Virus record (IMG/VR): IMGVR_UViG_3300014204_013755
Strand: one strand, 5' to 3'
Length of the DNA: 64,000 bases
From: an uncultured virus (IMG/VR IMGVR_UViG_3300014204_013755)
Taxonomy: Duplodnaviria; Heunggongvirae; Uroviricota; Caudoviricetes
A program made the position numbers and the translations under genes. The notes beneath the pieces are model-generated. The model saw nothing but the letters and a program-made list of their open reading frames with translations, was not told the DNA's origin and searched no databases. Positions within the stretch are counted from its first letter, which is position 1. Every line of letters starts with the position of its first letter. Shown in pieces: positions 28,473-41,221 of this stretch.

Positions 28473-30395
28473 TTAATAATTTTCTAAAAATTCTTCTTTG
28501 TATAAAATTGGAATACCCATGTTTGTAGCCTTTTCCAATTTTCCTGACCCACTATTTTTATCTTTAACTAAAAGATGTGTGGTTTTTTTGGATACACCAT
28601 CAGTATACACACCACCATTTTCTTTAATCATTTTAGCGAGTTCTGCATCTCTGAACCCCGTCATACAGATATTGAAACCTTCATATTTATTACTTTTCAA
28701 TTCCATTTTAGGTGATTCAGCGTAAGATACTTTAATGGGTAAGTCCTGATGATAAAGATTATATTCTTTGAGACCAACATAAAAAGCTTTAGCTTTTATT
28801 TCGCCAATACCTTCTATTTCACATAATTGTTCAATAATATTTGGGTCATCAAAATCACCTTTAAAATTATCAAATATTCTCTGGGAATCTTTCTCACCAA
28901 GTTTACCTTCAAATAAATCGAGTGCATGAATTATTTTCGCTAAAGGTAAACCCTCACGGTGTAATTTATCAAATTGACTTAATAATTTTGTTATAGATTT
29001 ATCAGCCCAACCATCGAATTTATACAACTCATCATATGTGATTTCCAGTAATTTTTTCGGAGTATCATATCCAGCATTGAATAACTTTTCAATTTCTTTT
29101 TCTCCGAAATTATCAATCTTTATATTGGTGAAAAAAGAAATTTGTTTATTAAGCAAACGTTCTGGACATTTTAAATTATTACACATAAGTTCAGTGTGGG
29201 TGTCGTCCCAGTAAGTATCTGAACCACAACATGGACACTTTTTAAGTTGTTCTCTTAATTTATCAATCTCACTTTGGTTATGAGTGAACGTTTTCAGATG
29301 TTTAGGTATTACATCACCCGAACGGGTTATTTCGACAAATGAACCAGCAGCAATATTATTTTCAAACACATAGTTCATATTGTAACAAGTGAAATTTGAA
29401 ACCTCAACATTAGTTATTATTGTGGGTTCAATCTGGGCAACTGGTTTAATTTTACCTTGTTTAGAAACACCAAGTCTTAATGATAAACATGGCACTTTAA
29501 CTTTCGTAGACCATTCTGGTAGTTTCAATGCACGAGCATATGCAGGGTTATTATTTCTTTCTCTACCCAGTTCTTCCCGTAGATTATAATCATCGATTTC
29601 AATAACCAACCCATCTATTTCAAATGTCTCGCTTATTTTATTGTACAGATTATTGAAATTTTCAAGCGTGAAGTCATCCATATTCATCAATTCATAATGA
29701 ACTGGTATTTCATTCATCTGGTTTACTAAATCCAATTGGTCAGATTTGTTCATATGAGAACCTTCGATACTCTCTATTCCATAACGAACATAAGTTCCAT
29801 ATTTAAGAAGTTCTTGGTTTATTGATTTCTTTGTGTTTATTTGACCAGCAATTGTATTTCTGGCTGCTTTAAATGGCTTACCATCTCTCGGATTTAGTTT
29901 TCCTTCAAAATTCTCTTTCCAATCCTTTTTAGTAATTATACATTCACCGTATGTGACATCATTATCCGTTATGAATTCGGCAGCGGTTTTACCTGTTTTA
30001 ATTATTAAAAAATGTTCATCTTTAATTTCCCCGTAGATTCCTTTACCCCTTGTCCAGCATTTTATAATAAGTTCTCTTGTACAAAGAGATAAACCATCAT
30101 ACTTTCCAGTGGCAGTGAATATAGTATCTTCTGGTATACCTTTATTTCTACACCACGTTTTAATTTCATCTATACTATGTTCCTTTTCCAAAGAATACAT
30201 TTTAATCGGAAGTAATTCGGCATCTTCTAATGGTTGCTCTATAACACCATCAAGTGTTATATCCTCATCATCTGGATATTTTTTGACAAAATCGTAATAC
30301 ACTTCATCGTATTCTGGGTCGGACACTGTTGTATTACCACTACGATATTCTCTATCTCTGTCTATAATCCACTGTTTTTGTTCTTCTCTTGTCAT
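28473..30395 (-). CDS. ligA: NAD-dependent DNA ligase
   Basis: SDPEYD, MYSLEK, KYDGLS, TRGKG, RSGDVIP, CPCC...C...C zinc site, C-terminal BRCT (MTGFRD...GVSKKTTHL). Confidence 0.95.
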   Translation of the reverse strand: MTREEQKQWIIDRDREYRSGNTTVSDPEYDEVYYDFVKKYPDDEDITLDGVIEQPLEDAELLPIKMYSLEKEHSIDEIKTWCRNKGIPEDTIFTATGKYDGLSLCTRELIIKCWTRGKGIYGEIKDEHFLIIKTGKTAAEFITDNDVTYGECIITKKDWKENFEGKLNPRDGKPFKAARNTIAGQINTKKSINQELLKYGTYVRYGIESIEGSHMNKSDQLDLVNQMNEIPVHYELMNMDDFTLENFNNLYNKISETFEIDGLVIEIDDYNLREELGRERNNNPAYARALKLPEWSTKVKVPCLSLRLGVSKQGKIKPVAQIEPTIITNVEVSNFTCYNMNYVFENNIAAGSFVEITRSGDVIPKHLKTFTHNQSEIDKLREQLKKCPCCGSDTYWDDTHTELMCNNLKCPERLLNKQISFFTNIKIDNFGEKEIEKLFNAGYDTPKKLLEITYDELYKFDGWADKSITKLLSQFDKLHREGLPLAKIIHALDLFEGKLGEKDSQRIFDNFKGDFDDPNIIEQLCEIEGIGEIKAKAFYVGLKEYNLYHQDLPIKVSYAESPKMELKSNKYEGFNICMTGFRDAELAKMIKENGGVYTDGVSKKTTHLLVKDKNSGSGKLEKATNMGIPILYKEEFLENY

Positions 30396-31322
30396 ATGAT
30401 TATTTATTTTAATATTTTATGTAATGTTGTATTCCCATCCCATGTAAAACATGCAGTTCTTCTGTCGTTATCAAAAATAAAAATATAAGATTGTACACTA
30501 TCAGGTACATTATAACTACCCCGAATAGATAAGGTATAATTTTCAGTCATTATAAAAGTTGTTGTTATAGTATCATTCCAGTATCCACCAAAGATTGAAG
30601 TCAATTTTACACGACCAGCATCCAATGTATCACAAATTATTTTTGGTGTTGTGTCTGGTAAAATAACAACTTCTATTTCTCTATGATTTGAAATCCGTGT
30701 AGAACGGCAACTCAATATTAATGTTAATATAATAAACAATAATAAAGTGGGAAGTGAATTTTTTTTCATCATCTTCGTTTTTATTACCACAAAAATAATG
30801 AAATAATAATTAAAGTAATTAAATTTTAGATTGTTTTTTTTATTAATTTTAATATTTCTTCTATTGGAAGATTATTATAATTTGATATAATATCCTTTTC
30901 TTCTTTACCACATCTTGAACAACAATAGAGAAAATTGGTGTTTCCATCATCCCCTATAATTTTTCTTTCAATAATTTTATGGTCATTAAATAAAATACAT
31001 CTCAACGAATTCATATCGATAAAATTATTTATCCGTTTCAAAAATAAAACATTTTAATATATTTGCAATACATTAACCGATGATATTAATCACTGATAAA
31101 AATCATAATTATGTATGATAATATTGATAAAATTTATGGTGTTCCTATTAAAGAAATCGCTTGTCCAAGTTGTGGTAGGAAGTACGGTCACCATAAAACT
31201 AAAGTAGACATGATATCACAAGAATGTAGTTCTTGTGTAAAAGAATTTGGTTACAAAGAAGTTAATTTTGTTGATGCAAAAGTTTTTATAGAAGAAACAC
31301 TCGGATATAAACCATATATGTT

Positions 31323-32021
31323 TTAGACAACTAAAGTCATAATATGTATTGAATCTATTAAATCATCAAACGGTTTAGGTATTTTCTTCGAACCAAGTAA
31401 TATACTCTTATTTAAAGTTACATAATATAATATGGGACTTTGAATGTTTGCATCAAGCATAGCAATTAACATATCTGATTTTTCAAAATCCCCACCTTTA
31501 ACACCATTTGGACTCATTGATATCATAGGGTCTTTTAGTGTTTGACCCTTCTTACCTATTGGTGCTGGTATATAACCATAAGTATTAATACAAGTTTGTA
31601 ATTTGACGGTGTTGGGAGATATTATTTCGATATGTACCTTGGGTATTCTAATTAAAATTTTTTGTCTTATTAAAGTTGAAAAACCAACTATATCTATCAA
31701 AGAATTTGTATTTTTATTATTAAAAGAATACCCTTCAATATTTACAATGGTGTCTTGATGAGGGTCAATGTTATTCAATATATCATCTAAAATTAAATCC
31801 GAATATTCTTCGAAATCTTTTAATTTATTTATTTCTCTTTCGGAATATTTTTCAACGTCTTCTTTTTTATTTAAAAATCTAAAACAAACTTCTTTTTCAA
31901 TCGTTTTTACCCATATATTATTCGATTTGGTAGTAGTATAATTAAATAATTTAACAGTATTACCATTTTTTATACAAATTGCAGTTGATGATAACGATAT
32001 ATCTAATCCAATTTTGTTCAT
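31323..32021 (-). CDS. RuvC-like Holliday junction resolvase
   Basis: IGLDISLSSTAI, IEGYSF, PNTVK, K..M, DDLIDS. Confidence 0.7.
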   Translation of the reverse strand: MNKIGLDISLSSTAICIKNGNTVKLFNYTTTKSNNIWVKTIEKEVCFRFLNKKEDVEKYSEREINKLKDFEEYSDLILDDILNNIDPHQDTIVNIEGYSFNNKNTNSLIDIVGFSTLIRQKILIRIPKVHIEIISPNTVKLQTCINTYGYIPAPIGKKGQTLKDPMISMSPNGVKGGDFEKSDMLIAMLDANIQSPILYYVTLNKSILLGSKKIPKPFDDLIDSIHIMTLVV

Positions 32022-32485
32022 TCATAGTGAATTATTTTTTCATTATAACACAATACGGCATGTCGCATCGTTTTATTATATCATAATATTCATTCCTTAC
32101 TATATCAGGATTAATATATCTTTTCGTTGTTTTAATTTCTTCTTTAGATACAAGAATCTTTTTCAGCATTTTATAATTAATCTCCTGTGGAATTCCCTTA
32201 TAAACGACTTTATCAAGTTGACTGTCGAAAATTAAATTTAAAATATATTCTCGTAATTCCTTCTTTGTTTTAATGGGTTTATAAACAAGATTATTTTGAA
32301 GTTCAATATCCATAACAAAAATTTTCGTTTATATTCAAATACGAAAATTTTTGAATAAAATTACAAAAAAAATAGCATATTTCCAAAACCATGATACTTT
32401 TTTATTAAAAAATAATATATAATGTATAATCAGGATTTTTTTATCTAATAAAATATTGGTTATTTTGTAGTATAAATTATACAAT

Positions 32486-34009
32486 ATGAAAGATTATAAA
32501 TCATTTGTCACAGAAAATTTAGAACCAGCCGATAATAAGACGGATGTTAAACTTTCTTATGATATAAATAAGTTTGATATCGAACTTTCACAAAACAAAT
32601 TATCCACTTTTGAAAAATTAATAAAAAATATAAAAAGGTATTCCAAACAAATTGGTTTGCCGATGCCAATAGTAAAAGATTTACCACCAAAAAAATATTA
32701 TATTTTATCTAAGGTTTATTTAGACGACAATTTAGATAATAAAACTCAATTTTATAAAGAAACACTAACTGATGATGATAAAAAAGCATCAGATTTTAAA
32801 ACCGAATACACGGTGAAATCACCGAAAAGTAATTATCAAGTGGTTTCCACAGAAGTTTTTCCCAAAACCATTGAATTGGTATCAGAGATAAAACCACAAG
32901 ACAAATGGGTTATTTTGGGAGTTATAGACCATATTGATGGTATAATAAAAGCTGCACCTAATCAACAAATACCTTTTGAGTTGATACCGTCTAATCTACA
33001 TACTTCCTGTACATGTGACCATTGTAACACTGAAAGAACAAGGAACAAAACTGTTTATATTAAGAATTTAGAAGATGATAAGACTATTCGAGTTGGCGGT
33101 TCTTGTATCAAATATTATCTTGGATATAAATATGAACATATTTTAAATTATTTATCAGACTTAAAAATATTCATGGATGATTTCAACAGCATGTCAAGTG
33201 ATATGTTCGATGAATATGAAGGTGGTTATGATGGTGGTCGAGGTAGACATATTGAAACCGAAGTTGATATTATAGATTGTGTCAAATATTTCTCAGGATA
33301 TGTTAAAAAACATGGTTATATATCTAAGAGTGGAGCTGAGAAAATAAATGCAGATAGAGCAGAAAAATCGGAAGCTGGGTCAGAACAAAACATGGTTACA
33401 TCAACTGGTAGTATAGTATCAAGCACATTATCATATGTGAATTCACAGCCACCAAGAACTAAAAACGGATATGAATCATGGGCTGAAGAAGTAGCTATGG
33501 TAAATGATGTAGTTTCAAAAGAAAATAATGATTTTTATAATAAATTAGTTGATTTTGTTGAGACCGAATATAAAACCAACAATTTTCTTTTCAATATTCA
33601 AAATTTCATAAAAAATGGTGTCGTTAGTTTCAAATATATAAGTTATATTATAGGTGCGTGTTCTATGTTACAAGGTAAATTATCCTATGAAGAATTTAAA
33701 AATCGTACTAAAGAAGCAAAAAAAGAATCTAATTGGGTCGGTAATATTGGTGAAAAAATAAAACTTGATAATCTTAAAATTGTACACGTTTCTGGTTATG
33801 ATGGTCAATGGGGTTGGGTATCTATTTTCAAATTAGAAGATGAGAACGGCAACCAATTTACCAGATTTGGTGATATACCAGATAAATTCTTAGTTAATGG
33901 AGAAGAAGTCGTTGTTGGTAGTGTTGTTAGTTTCACTGCTGAGATAAAAAAACAAGATACTTATAATGACCAAAAACAAACCGTATTAGGTAGATTATCA
34001 AAATTATAA
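32486..34009 (+). CDS. putative virion-associated protein with Zn site and C-terminal OB-like region
   Basis: MKDYKSFVTEN; CDHC..R.R...VGGSC; TAATATATA at 32413. Confidence 0.55.
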   Translation: MKDYKSFVTENLEPADNKTDVKLSYDINKFDIELSQNKLSTFEKLIKNIKRYSKQIGLPMPIVKDLPPKKYYILSKVYLDDNLDNKTQFYKETLTDDDKKASDFKTEYTVKSPKSNYQVVSTEVFPKTIELVSEIKPQDKWVILGVIDHIDGIIKAAPNQQIPFELIPSNLHTSCTCDHCNTERTRNKTVYIKNLEDDKTIRVGGSCIKYYLGYKYEHILNYLSDLKIFMDDFNSMSSDMFDEYEGGYDGGRGRHIETEVDIIDCVKYFSGYVKKHGYISKSGAEKINADRAEKSEAGSEQNMVTSTGSIVSSTLSYVNSQPPRTKNGYESWAEEVAMVNDVVSKENNDFYNKLVDFVETEYKTNNFLFNIQNFIKNGVVSFKYISYIIGACSMLQGKLSYEEFKNRTKEAKKESNWVGNIGEKIKLDNLKIVHVSGYDGQWGWVSIFKLEDENGNQFTRFGDIPDKFLVNGEEVVVGSVVSFTAEIKKQDTYNDQKQTVLGRLSKL

Positions 34010-34011
34010 TA

Positions 34012-36478
34012 TCAAATTATTTCTAATTCTTCTATCTTTAACAATCGAATGGCCTGTTTATAAGGTACTATATGAACTTCAATAGAAAATTTTGATAAAG
34101 AATAGTAGTCTAATTCCCACAATCTTTCTATATTATTTGGAATATATTTTCTTATTAAAAAGACATTCACATATTTAAAAAGACATTCAATATTTCTATG
34201 ACCCTCATTATATGCTGTTTTTTCATCTACATAAACATCTATAAAATTTTCATTTTTTGTAACATGACATACAGATATCTTTTCACCATAATAGGTTGGA
34301 TAAACAACAGCTTTCACAGACATGAAACCTAATAATTTGTTAGTTTCTTTATTTCGATATGATACGACAAACTTATTATTCATCTAAAATTTCCATTATT
34401 TTCCATTTACGTAAATCATACTTTGTAATATCATACTCCACTCTAAGTTTTTTTATATTATAATTATTAAAAAATTCTTTAATATTTGTTAATGTGTTTT
34501 TATCTTTTATATATTGAACATCCTCAAATGTTTTACCTTTCATTATAATAGTGTTTGGGTGTTCGATTATTTCATCGAAATCCCTGAGAGTGTTTATAAT
34601 TTTTTTTATAAATTGTCTATAAAACCATCTACCCCACTCAGTATTTTTTACTCTGGCTTCATCAATATTATAAGTGAAATTTATATTACCATTTGATGTA
34701 CTATGTTTAGCAACAAAACATACAAATTTACCTTCATAGGTAATAATTATATAATATAGTTTCTTTTCAGTCATCTATTATACTCTGAAGTTTAAGCATT
34801 CGAATATCAATAATATCCAATAATTTTATTTCTAATTTTCTTAATTTTTTACTTTTGTAATATAATTTATCTTTAATTACTCGAAAATCTGGATTTAAAT
34901 TGCGGATACATTCTTCTTTTATTTTATAATTATTTTTTTTAAGAACAAAATTTAAAGCAAATAAATATGCTGAGTATTCTTTATTTTTTTCTTTAATAAT
35001 TTTATCATGGTCATCATTGACATTTTCCCATATATTAATTGAAAGAAAATATGCATCTAACGAATCATGAGTTAAATAAATTTTATTATTTACTAAATCA
35101 CAATTGCTTGCTATAAAACAAACAAATCTATCAGAACTATATAAAGCACATTTATATCCCATTAGTTCTCAAATATTTTTTTTATTTTTAGTTTTCGTAT
35201 TTCACCAATTGTCAATATTTTCGTTTTAAAACTCCCAGACTCAATTGTTTTGAAATCTTTTTTAGTAATAAAACTTTTACTATATTCTAATGTGCTATGT
35301 AAACATTGAACTCCTATTAAAGACACGATATAGTTAAAATTCTCTTTATGAATAGAATGTCCAGCTTCTTTAAAATCATAAGTAAATGTTATAAAATCCC
35401 CATCTATATCTTTTAGATAACAAATAAACTTATTACTATAATCAAAAAATGTTAAGTGATACATATTTATTCTTCTAAAATACTTAAAATTTTATTTTTT
35501 CTTTCGTCATGTAGATTTTCTATTTTAAAATTAAAATCTTCTGTGTTGAATTCTTCAAATATATCTTCACAAATTTCTTGCAATTCTTCTCCTATCGGTC
35601 TGTTATATTTAAATTCAGTACATATATAATCTTTAACGAATTCGGCTTCGGCAATATCATACTTTGGTGCATCAGACAGACATTGAGATATTTTTATATC
35701 ATCTAAATCTCTACTATTAACAAAACCGAAAAAATCGTCCTTATAATATATAGTTAAATAATACATCAACTAAAAATCTTTAAGTTTTAAAAGTCTAACA
35801 CCATGTTTAGATAAATACTTGAAATGTAGTTGGTCTTGGCAAATATTATGAAAATTTGGTCTTAAAAATGCTACCAACCTGCCATTGTTTCTATCATAAT
35901 CCTGACTTAATAATTCTGCATAACCATCCATTGATTTATTATAGAATTCTTTTAACTGTCTTATATTAAATTGATTATCATCATTAACATCTCTTTCATA
36001 ATACCAATAAATTTGAGCGTAATCTAAACGATTTGTCCATCTATATACCCTATTACCTTTAGCTTTTTCGAAATCTATATAGTACTTATGTTGAGATACA
36101 AAAGCTATAAAAATATCTTTATAAAAAACTCCTAAATAATATTCTTTTTGTCTTTCAGAATTCATCCTCAAATATTTTTTGCAGTTTCAACTTTCTAAGT
36201 TCTTTATAATTAAGTAATTTAACATCTAATGTTTCTACTCCATATCTTTTCACACAACTGTAAAATGTCTTATAACCTTTTATATCTTTAATTGATTTGT
36301 CATGAGAAGCTAATACAAAATTTATATCAGATTTAATAATATCATGTAAATAAAAAGTATTACTTTTAGTATAGGCCAGTTCAATATTGTCTGTTACAAA
36401 AAGTTCATTTTCTTTTACCCCAATATAACCTAAAAATATATCATTTGTATATAATAATATAAAATTGCTTTTTTTCAT
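34012..36478 (-). other. tandem cluster of 7 distantly paralogous 100-133-aa ORFs
   Basis: ORFs at 34012, 34376, 34767, 35162, 35467, 35770 and 36155 share an N-terminal Y...F/L-x-x-F/Y beta pattern and a C-terminal RxxK[IL] motif. Confidence 0.7.
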
Positions 36479-36561
36479 ACCCCAAATGTAATAATTTATT
36501 TTTAGAAGTATATTTTTTAATATATAATAGAAATTCTAAAAAAATAATACTTTCATACTTA

Positions 36562-39500
36562 GTGAAGAATCTCAGATTTTACAACAAAGAGGGTTATCCA
36601 TATAACTTTCAATATAACGAAGAAAATGATAAATGGGAAGGTAAAATATTATTCGACCCAAATAGTAGCGATTTATATAAAACCATTGGTATCTATTTGT
36701 TTGAACATGTAGAACCCATATCATTTGCTGAATATTTTAATTTTAATAAATTCGAATTGTATAATGATAGTGGAATTATATTAAAAGGTTCAACAAAACA
36801 GGGACTGGATATAGAAGGTATTAAAAAATCAAACAATTCTCCAGTCTTTAGAACTAAATGGATAAAGGGTAGAGGCTTTCATCAATTATTTCCAGAGGGA
36901 ACAATTGTTCGTTTTGTATTAAGCGGTGCAAACTACACAGATTTCGATGATGCATTATATTTTAATGTATTGGAAACGAGAAAAAATGAAATTTTAATTC
37001 AAACAACGACAACAAACGACACTTTTTTATCATTTACTTATATATCAGGAAAAATTTATAGTTGTGATGTAATAAAATACCCAGATTACAATCAAGGATA
37101 TAGTGCATATCTCGCTTCAAAAATATATGTAGGTAAACAATTATCGATTGTAAATTCAGAAAAAAATTCTGGTGTAGTAGAAGTTGCTGACCGTGAAATT
37201 TTAAAAAGAAATATTTATGATTATCAATTATCTGGTAATACAAATTGTACCTTAAATCTTGAAGTAACATTATTAACCGATAGAATATTATTACACAGTG
37301 GTTCTGTCACTGTAACTGGAAATAAATTTGTATTTAGTGAGCCATTCGGTAATTCTTTTAAAATAGGACAAAACATCATATTTGAAGATTATAACGGTGG
37401 ACAATTATTGAACGGTTATCAATATACAGTTAGTAGTATAAATGACCGTGTGTCGGTAAAAACTGCAATGGCCTTAGAATTTTATGAATATTATGATGAG
37501 AATTTATCAGATGAATCTGAATATTATGTTAGGTCAACATCAACACTTAATGTACCATTAGTTGCAAATGATATTATTTATTTTGCTGGGGCAGGTTCTT
37601 TAAACACAAGAAAAGACTTTAAAGTTTTAAATTCTTATATAGAAGATGGGTACACTTATATACAATTGGAACAATTTGTACACGAAGAAAACATCACGAA
37701 TATGGCTATTGTTAAACGTTTAAGATTTTATGAATATAATACATTTGATGCCACTGGTATAGCTCAGACCCAAACCATTGATGGAAATTGTTATTTAACA
37801 ACAAATATTTTAAATTATAAACAAAACATTTTACCAGCAGCATCGGGTTTTACAATATATCATGAAACTATAAACGCATTTGTCGAAAATTATAACAACG
37901 ATTTAAATAAATTGGGTATCAATTCATATTTATTGGATGATAAATTGTTTATAGAAGGATTATATGATTTTTCTTATTCACCGTATTTTACAACAAAATT
38001 ATATTTAGAAGAAAGTGGAACAACTGTAAGCACAATATCCAACCAGAATTCTTATTCAGTTTTAGATATTTCTGATATCCATTATATTTTTACAGAAGAA
38101 AAATTATACAATGAAAAAATATATTTATATGAAACTAATAAATTATCAAAAAAATATAATGAAGAAATTCTTTTTGACTTGTATGATGATGTACTGGATT
38201 ATGGTTTCTGTCTAACTTTAAATGATGTTGAATATTTTATCAATTTCCAAGATAATTCTGGTACTACTAACAAAACACAGGAAACTATTAAAGATTTTGT
38301 AAATAAATATTACACCGCATTATATAATAAAGGGGTTGATATTCATACTGGTACTACTATTGATAATAAGTTATATATTGAGACATTATACCCTGATGTT
38401 GCCATACTAAATTTAAAGGTGAAAGTAAATTTAAATTCATCTTATGATATATTATACCAAGCAGAAAATGAATTTCGAAGCGAAGGAATAATTTTAACTG
38501 GTAACCAATTGGATATGGCAGGTACTACTGATTTATATACAGTTGGTTTATCAACTGGTATGGTGATAAGTGTTTCAGGAAGTTCATATAATGAAAATGA
38601 TAAAGAATATAATATTATTGGGTTGTCACCGACAGTCATACAATTATCATATCAGGGTGTGTTTTTTGAAGAAAATAATATTATTCTGGATATAGATTCA
38701 AGAGAATATATACGTAAACCGAGGTTGTCTTATGATAAAGATATTTATTTTAAATTATCTTGGATACCAACTGATGAACATCCAATTGATGATTCTATAT
38801 TTTTCTACGATATTTCAGGAAATCAATTACAACCACCAAAAGATTCATCTGGAAATTATATTGAAAAATTACGATATGATGGTCAAATACCGCTTTGGGA
38901 TTATAGACAACAAAATGTTATTAGATTAAATAAAGAACCTAACACAAAATTGGAACATATAACAAATCCAAAATATCAACAAACTATATTTTCTGAACTA
39001 AATTTTCTATTACCACAGTTAGATTCAGATGACGATTTTAATTATTTACCAAGGCCGTTTGAAATATTTATTGGATATAATACTCCAAATGAAGGAGTCA
39101 ATTATAATATAATGAAGATTGAGTTAATTGAAACCATCATATTTAGTGGTACAACTGGTATATCAGATAATTATTTTGTTTTTAACACGGATGGTACTAT
39201 TGAATATAAATCTAATTTATTTGATGGGTTTATTAATAAGGGGTTTGAAGTAGGTCAACCTATTCAAGTTAAAATTTCTGATACAAATCCATATGACCAA
39301 TCAATTTTTGAAAATTATGAAACATACACACTTGTGAGTGTTCTGAAAAATAAGTTAATTGTTGATATCACAAATACTGAAAGTGATTTTGTTTATTTCA
39401 ATTCGTCTGGCAAAACTTTTAATTTTTCTATTTCGGTTCAACCAAAAGAGATAGCACGGTTTTCTATATATGGTGAGACTGAGGTAGAAGATGAAAGATT

Positions 39501-40566
39501 CGATATAAATTTAAAAAATTTGGGTATCCGAATTAATAAAGAAGAAGAAATGATATTCAAAGAATCGGATATAGAAGAAGATGGAATAGATTATACTTTA
39601 TTAAATCAAAAGAGAAAAGAAATGTTACTTATGTATCCTAAGATTTATAATTATATTGGTGCATACAAATCTCTTATGGGTGCTATTAATTTCTTTGGAT
39701 ATAATGATTTATCTGTATATGAATATTATAAAAATGTAAATTCAAGTTCACCATTTTATAAGAAATATATGAGAATACATATACCCGATATTTTTGATAC
39801 TACAATAGATGGATGGAATGAGGTAGATTTTATAAGTAATAAAGGAAATAGAAATAATTATGTTAAAACAAATCTTTTTAATTTAACATATAAAATTACT
39901 GATGAAGATGGTTACAATATAAATGTATATTCATTGAAAGAAGTTCAAATAAAACTTCAAAAATTAAAATTGTGGTTAAGGGAAAACATCATACCTCTTT
40001 CAACTAATATTGTAGATATTACTGGTTCTGCTAAAATACCAGCTACAAATTATTTAGTCCATGATACTTCTAATCAAGTGACAAAATTTAGGACTGAAAA
40101 AACTGGAATTGTTATTAATTTCAATTACATAACAACATTGAACTTTAGCACGAACTATTTATTTTCAATACATTTTTATACAACCACTGGATTTGTTCCA
40201 GACCATTTTGAATTAATAGTTAAAACATTTTCTAAAGATAGTAATGGTAAATTAGTACCAGTTCAGTATTTTAAAGTATTTAAAACCGACCTTGAACCTT
40301 TTAATTTTAATATTGATAAAAATATAGACCCGTATATTTATATTGAAACTGCATATTATGGCGATTATGGTGTTGGATATAGAAACACAGAGTTGTTCAA
40401 CTTTGATGAACCAAAAAATTATTATTTAATTAATAATAATTTCCGTTATAAATATTACCCAAGAATCGGAACTAACCAAGGATATTATATTATAGATGAT
40501 GATGGTAGTCTATGGATTGTTGAGGAATATAGTAGCGATATAAATAATAGTGGAACTACCTATTAA
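36562..40566 (+). CDS. large virion structural protein (baseplate/wedge-like)
   Basis: 1334 aa, beta-rich N/T/Y composition, YIGAYKSLMGAINFFGY segment, TAATATATA at 36518. Confidence 0.55.
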   Translation: MKNLRFYNKEGYPYNFQYNEENDKWEGKILFDPNSSDLYKTIGIYLFEHVEPISFAEYFNFNKFELYNDSGIILKGSTKQGLDIEGIKKSNNSPVFRTKWIKGRGFHQLFPEGTIVRFVLSGANYTDFDDALYFNVLETRKNEILIQTTTTNDTFLSFTYISGKIYSCDVIKYPDYNQGYSAYLASKIYVGKQLSIVNSEKNSGVVEVADREILKRNIYDYQLSGNTNCTLNLEVTLLTDRILLHSGSVTVTGNKFVFSEPFGNSFKIGQNIIFEDYNGGQLLNGYQYTVSSINDRVSVKTAMALEFYEYYDENLSDESEYYVRSTSTLNVPLVANDIIYFAGAGSLNTRKDFKVLNSYIEDGYTYIQLEQFVHEENITNMAIVKRLRFYEYNTFDATGIAQTQTIDGNCYLTTNILNYKQNILPAASGFTIYHETINAFVENYNNDLNKLGINSYLLDDKLFIEGLYDFSYSPYFTTKLYLEESGTTVSTISNQNSYSVLDISDIHYIFTEEKLYNEKIYLYETNKLSKKYNEEILFDLYDDVLDYGFCLTLNDVEYFINFQDNSGTTNKTQETIKDFVNKYYTALYNKGVDIHTGTTIDNKLYIETLYPDVAILNLKVKVNLNSSYDILYQAENEFRSEGIILTGNQLDMAGTTDLYTVGLSTGMVISVSGSSYNENDKEYNIIGLSPTVIQLSYQGVFFEENNIILDIDSREYIRKPRLSYDKDIYFKLSWIPTDEHPIDDSIFFYDISGNQLQPPKDSSGNYIEKLRYDGQIPLWDYRQQNVIRLNKEPNTKLEHITNPKYQQTIFSELNFLLPQLDSDDDFNYLPRPFEIFIGYNTPNEGVNYNIMKIELIETIIFSGTTGISDNYFVFNTDGTIEYKSNLFDGFINKGFEVGQPIQVKISDTNPYDQSIFENYETYTLVSVLKNKLIVDITNTESDFVYFNSSGKTFNFSISVQPKEIARFSIYGETEVEDERFDINLKNLGIRINKEEEMIFKESDIEEDGIDYTLLNQKRKEMLLMYPKIYNYIGAYKSLMGAINFFGYNDLSVYEYYKNVNSSSPFYKKYMRIHIPDIFDTTIDGWNEVDFISNKGNRNNYVKTNLFNLTYKITDEDGYNINVYSLKEVQIKLQKLKLWLRENIIPLSTNIVDITGSAKIPATNYLVHDTSNQVTKFRTEKTGIVINFNYITTLNFSTNYLFSIHFYTTTGFVPDHFELIVKTFSKDSNGKLVPVQYFKVFKTDLEPFNFNIDKNIDPYIYIETAYYGDYGVGYRNTELFNFDEPKNYYLINNNFRYKYYPRIGTNQGYYIIDDDGSLWIVEEYSSDINNSGTTY

Positions 40567-40985
40567 AATAAAAATATAAAGATGAAAGATGAATTATTTA
40601 GAAATGTAATGTATCTTGAAGATTTAAATAATATAAAATTATATGTGGAGAAGGGATTAACGGATAACCAATTTCATATTCTAAATAATATAATATATCG
40701 GGTTAGAAATGTGGAAATACTTTATTATTTCATTGAGAATAAAAAGATATTAACATATCTAATGGAATCAATATTTATGTCCTTGTTTATAAAAAACGAT
40801 TTAGTAGGTATCAAAAAAATTATAGATAAAGGAATAACTGATAAACTTATTTCTGTTATTAGAGATAACATCAACGAAGATAACACAAATATTATAAATT
40901 TTATCTTATCTATTCCAGAAATAAAAGAGAAAGTTTTAAGAAAAACACTTTAATATTTAATATATAATAAAAATAACGATGCCAC

Positions 40986-41207
40986 ATGAATCACTTAAAG
41001 AAATATGATAATTTTGAATTAAATGAAAATAATATTGGTATACCAATAGCATCTAATGAAGAAATAGAGGCACATGAAAAAATGAAAAATGCTATTATCA
41101 ATTATATAAAAATATCACAAGCCGAAAAAAAATATATATTAGGAATATGGTCGGTATTAGATGATATTTTTACTGAACAAGATTGGACAGTTTTCAAAAA
41201 AATATAA
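40986..41207 (+). CDS. small protein with MxHLKKY..F.LNE motif
   Basis: MNHLKKYDNFELNEN; TAATATATA at 40958. Confidence 0.55.
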   Translation: MNHLKKYDNFELNENNIGIPIASNEEIEAHEKMKNAIINYIKISQAEKKYILGIWSVLDDIFTEQDWTVFKKI

Positions 41208-41221
41208 TCCGAATTATATTT

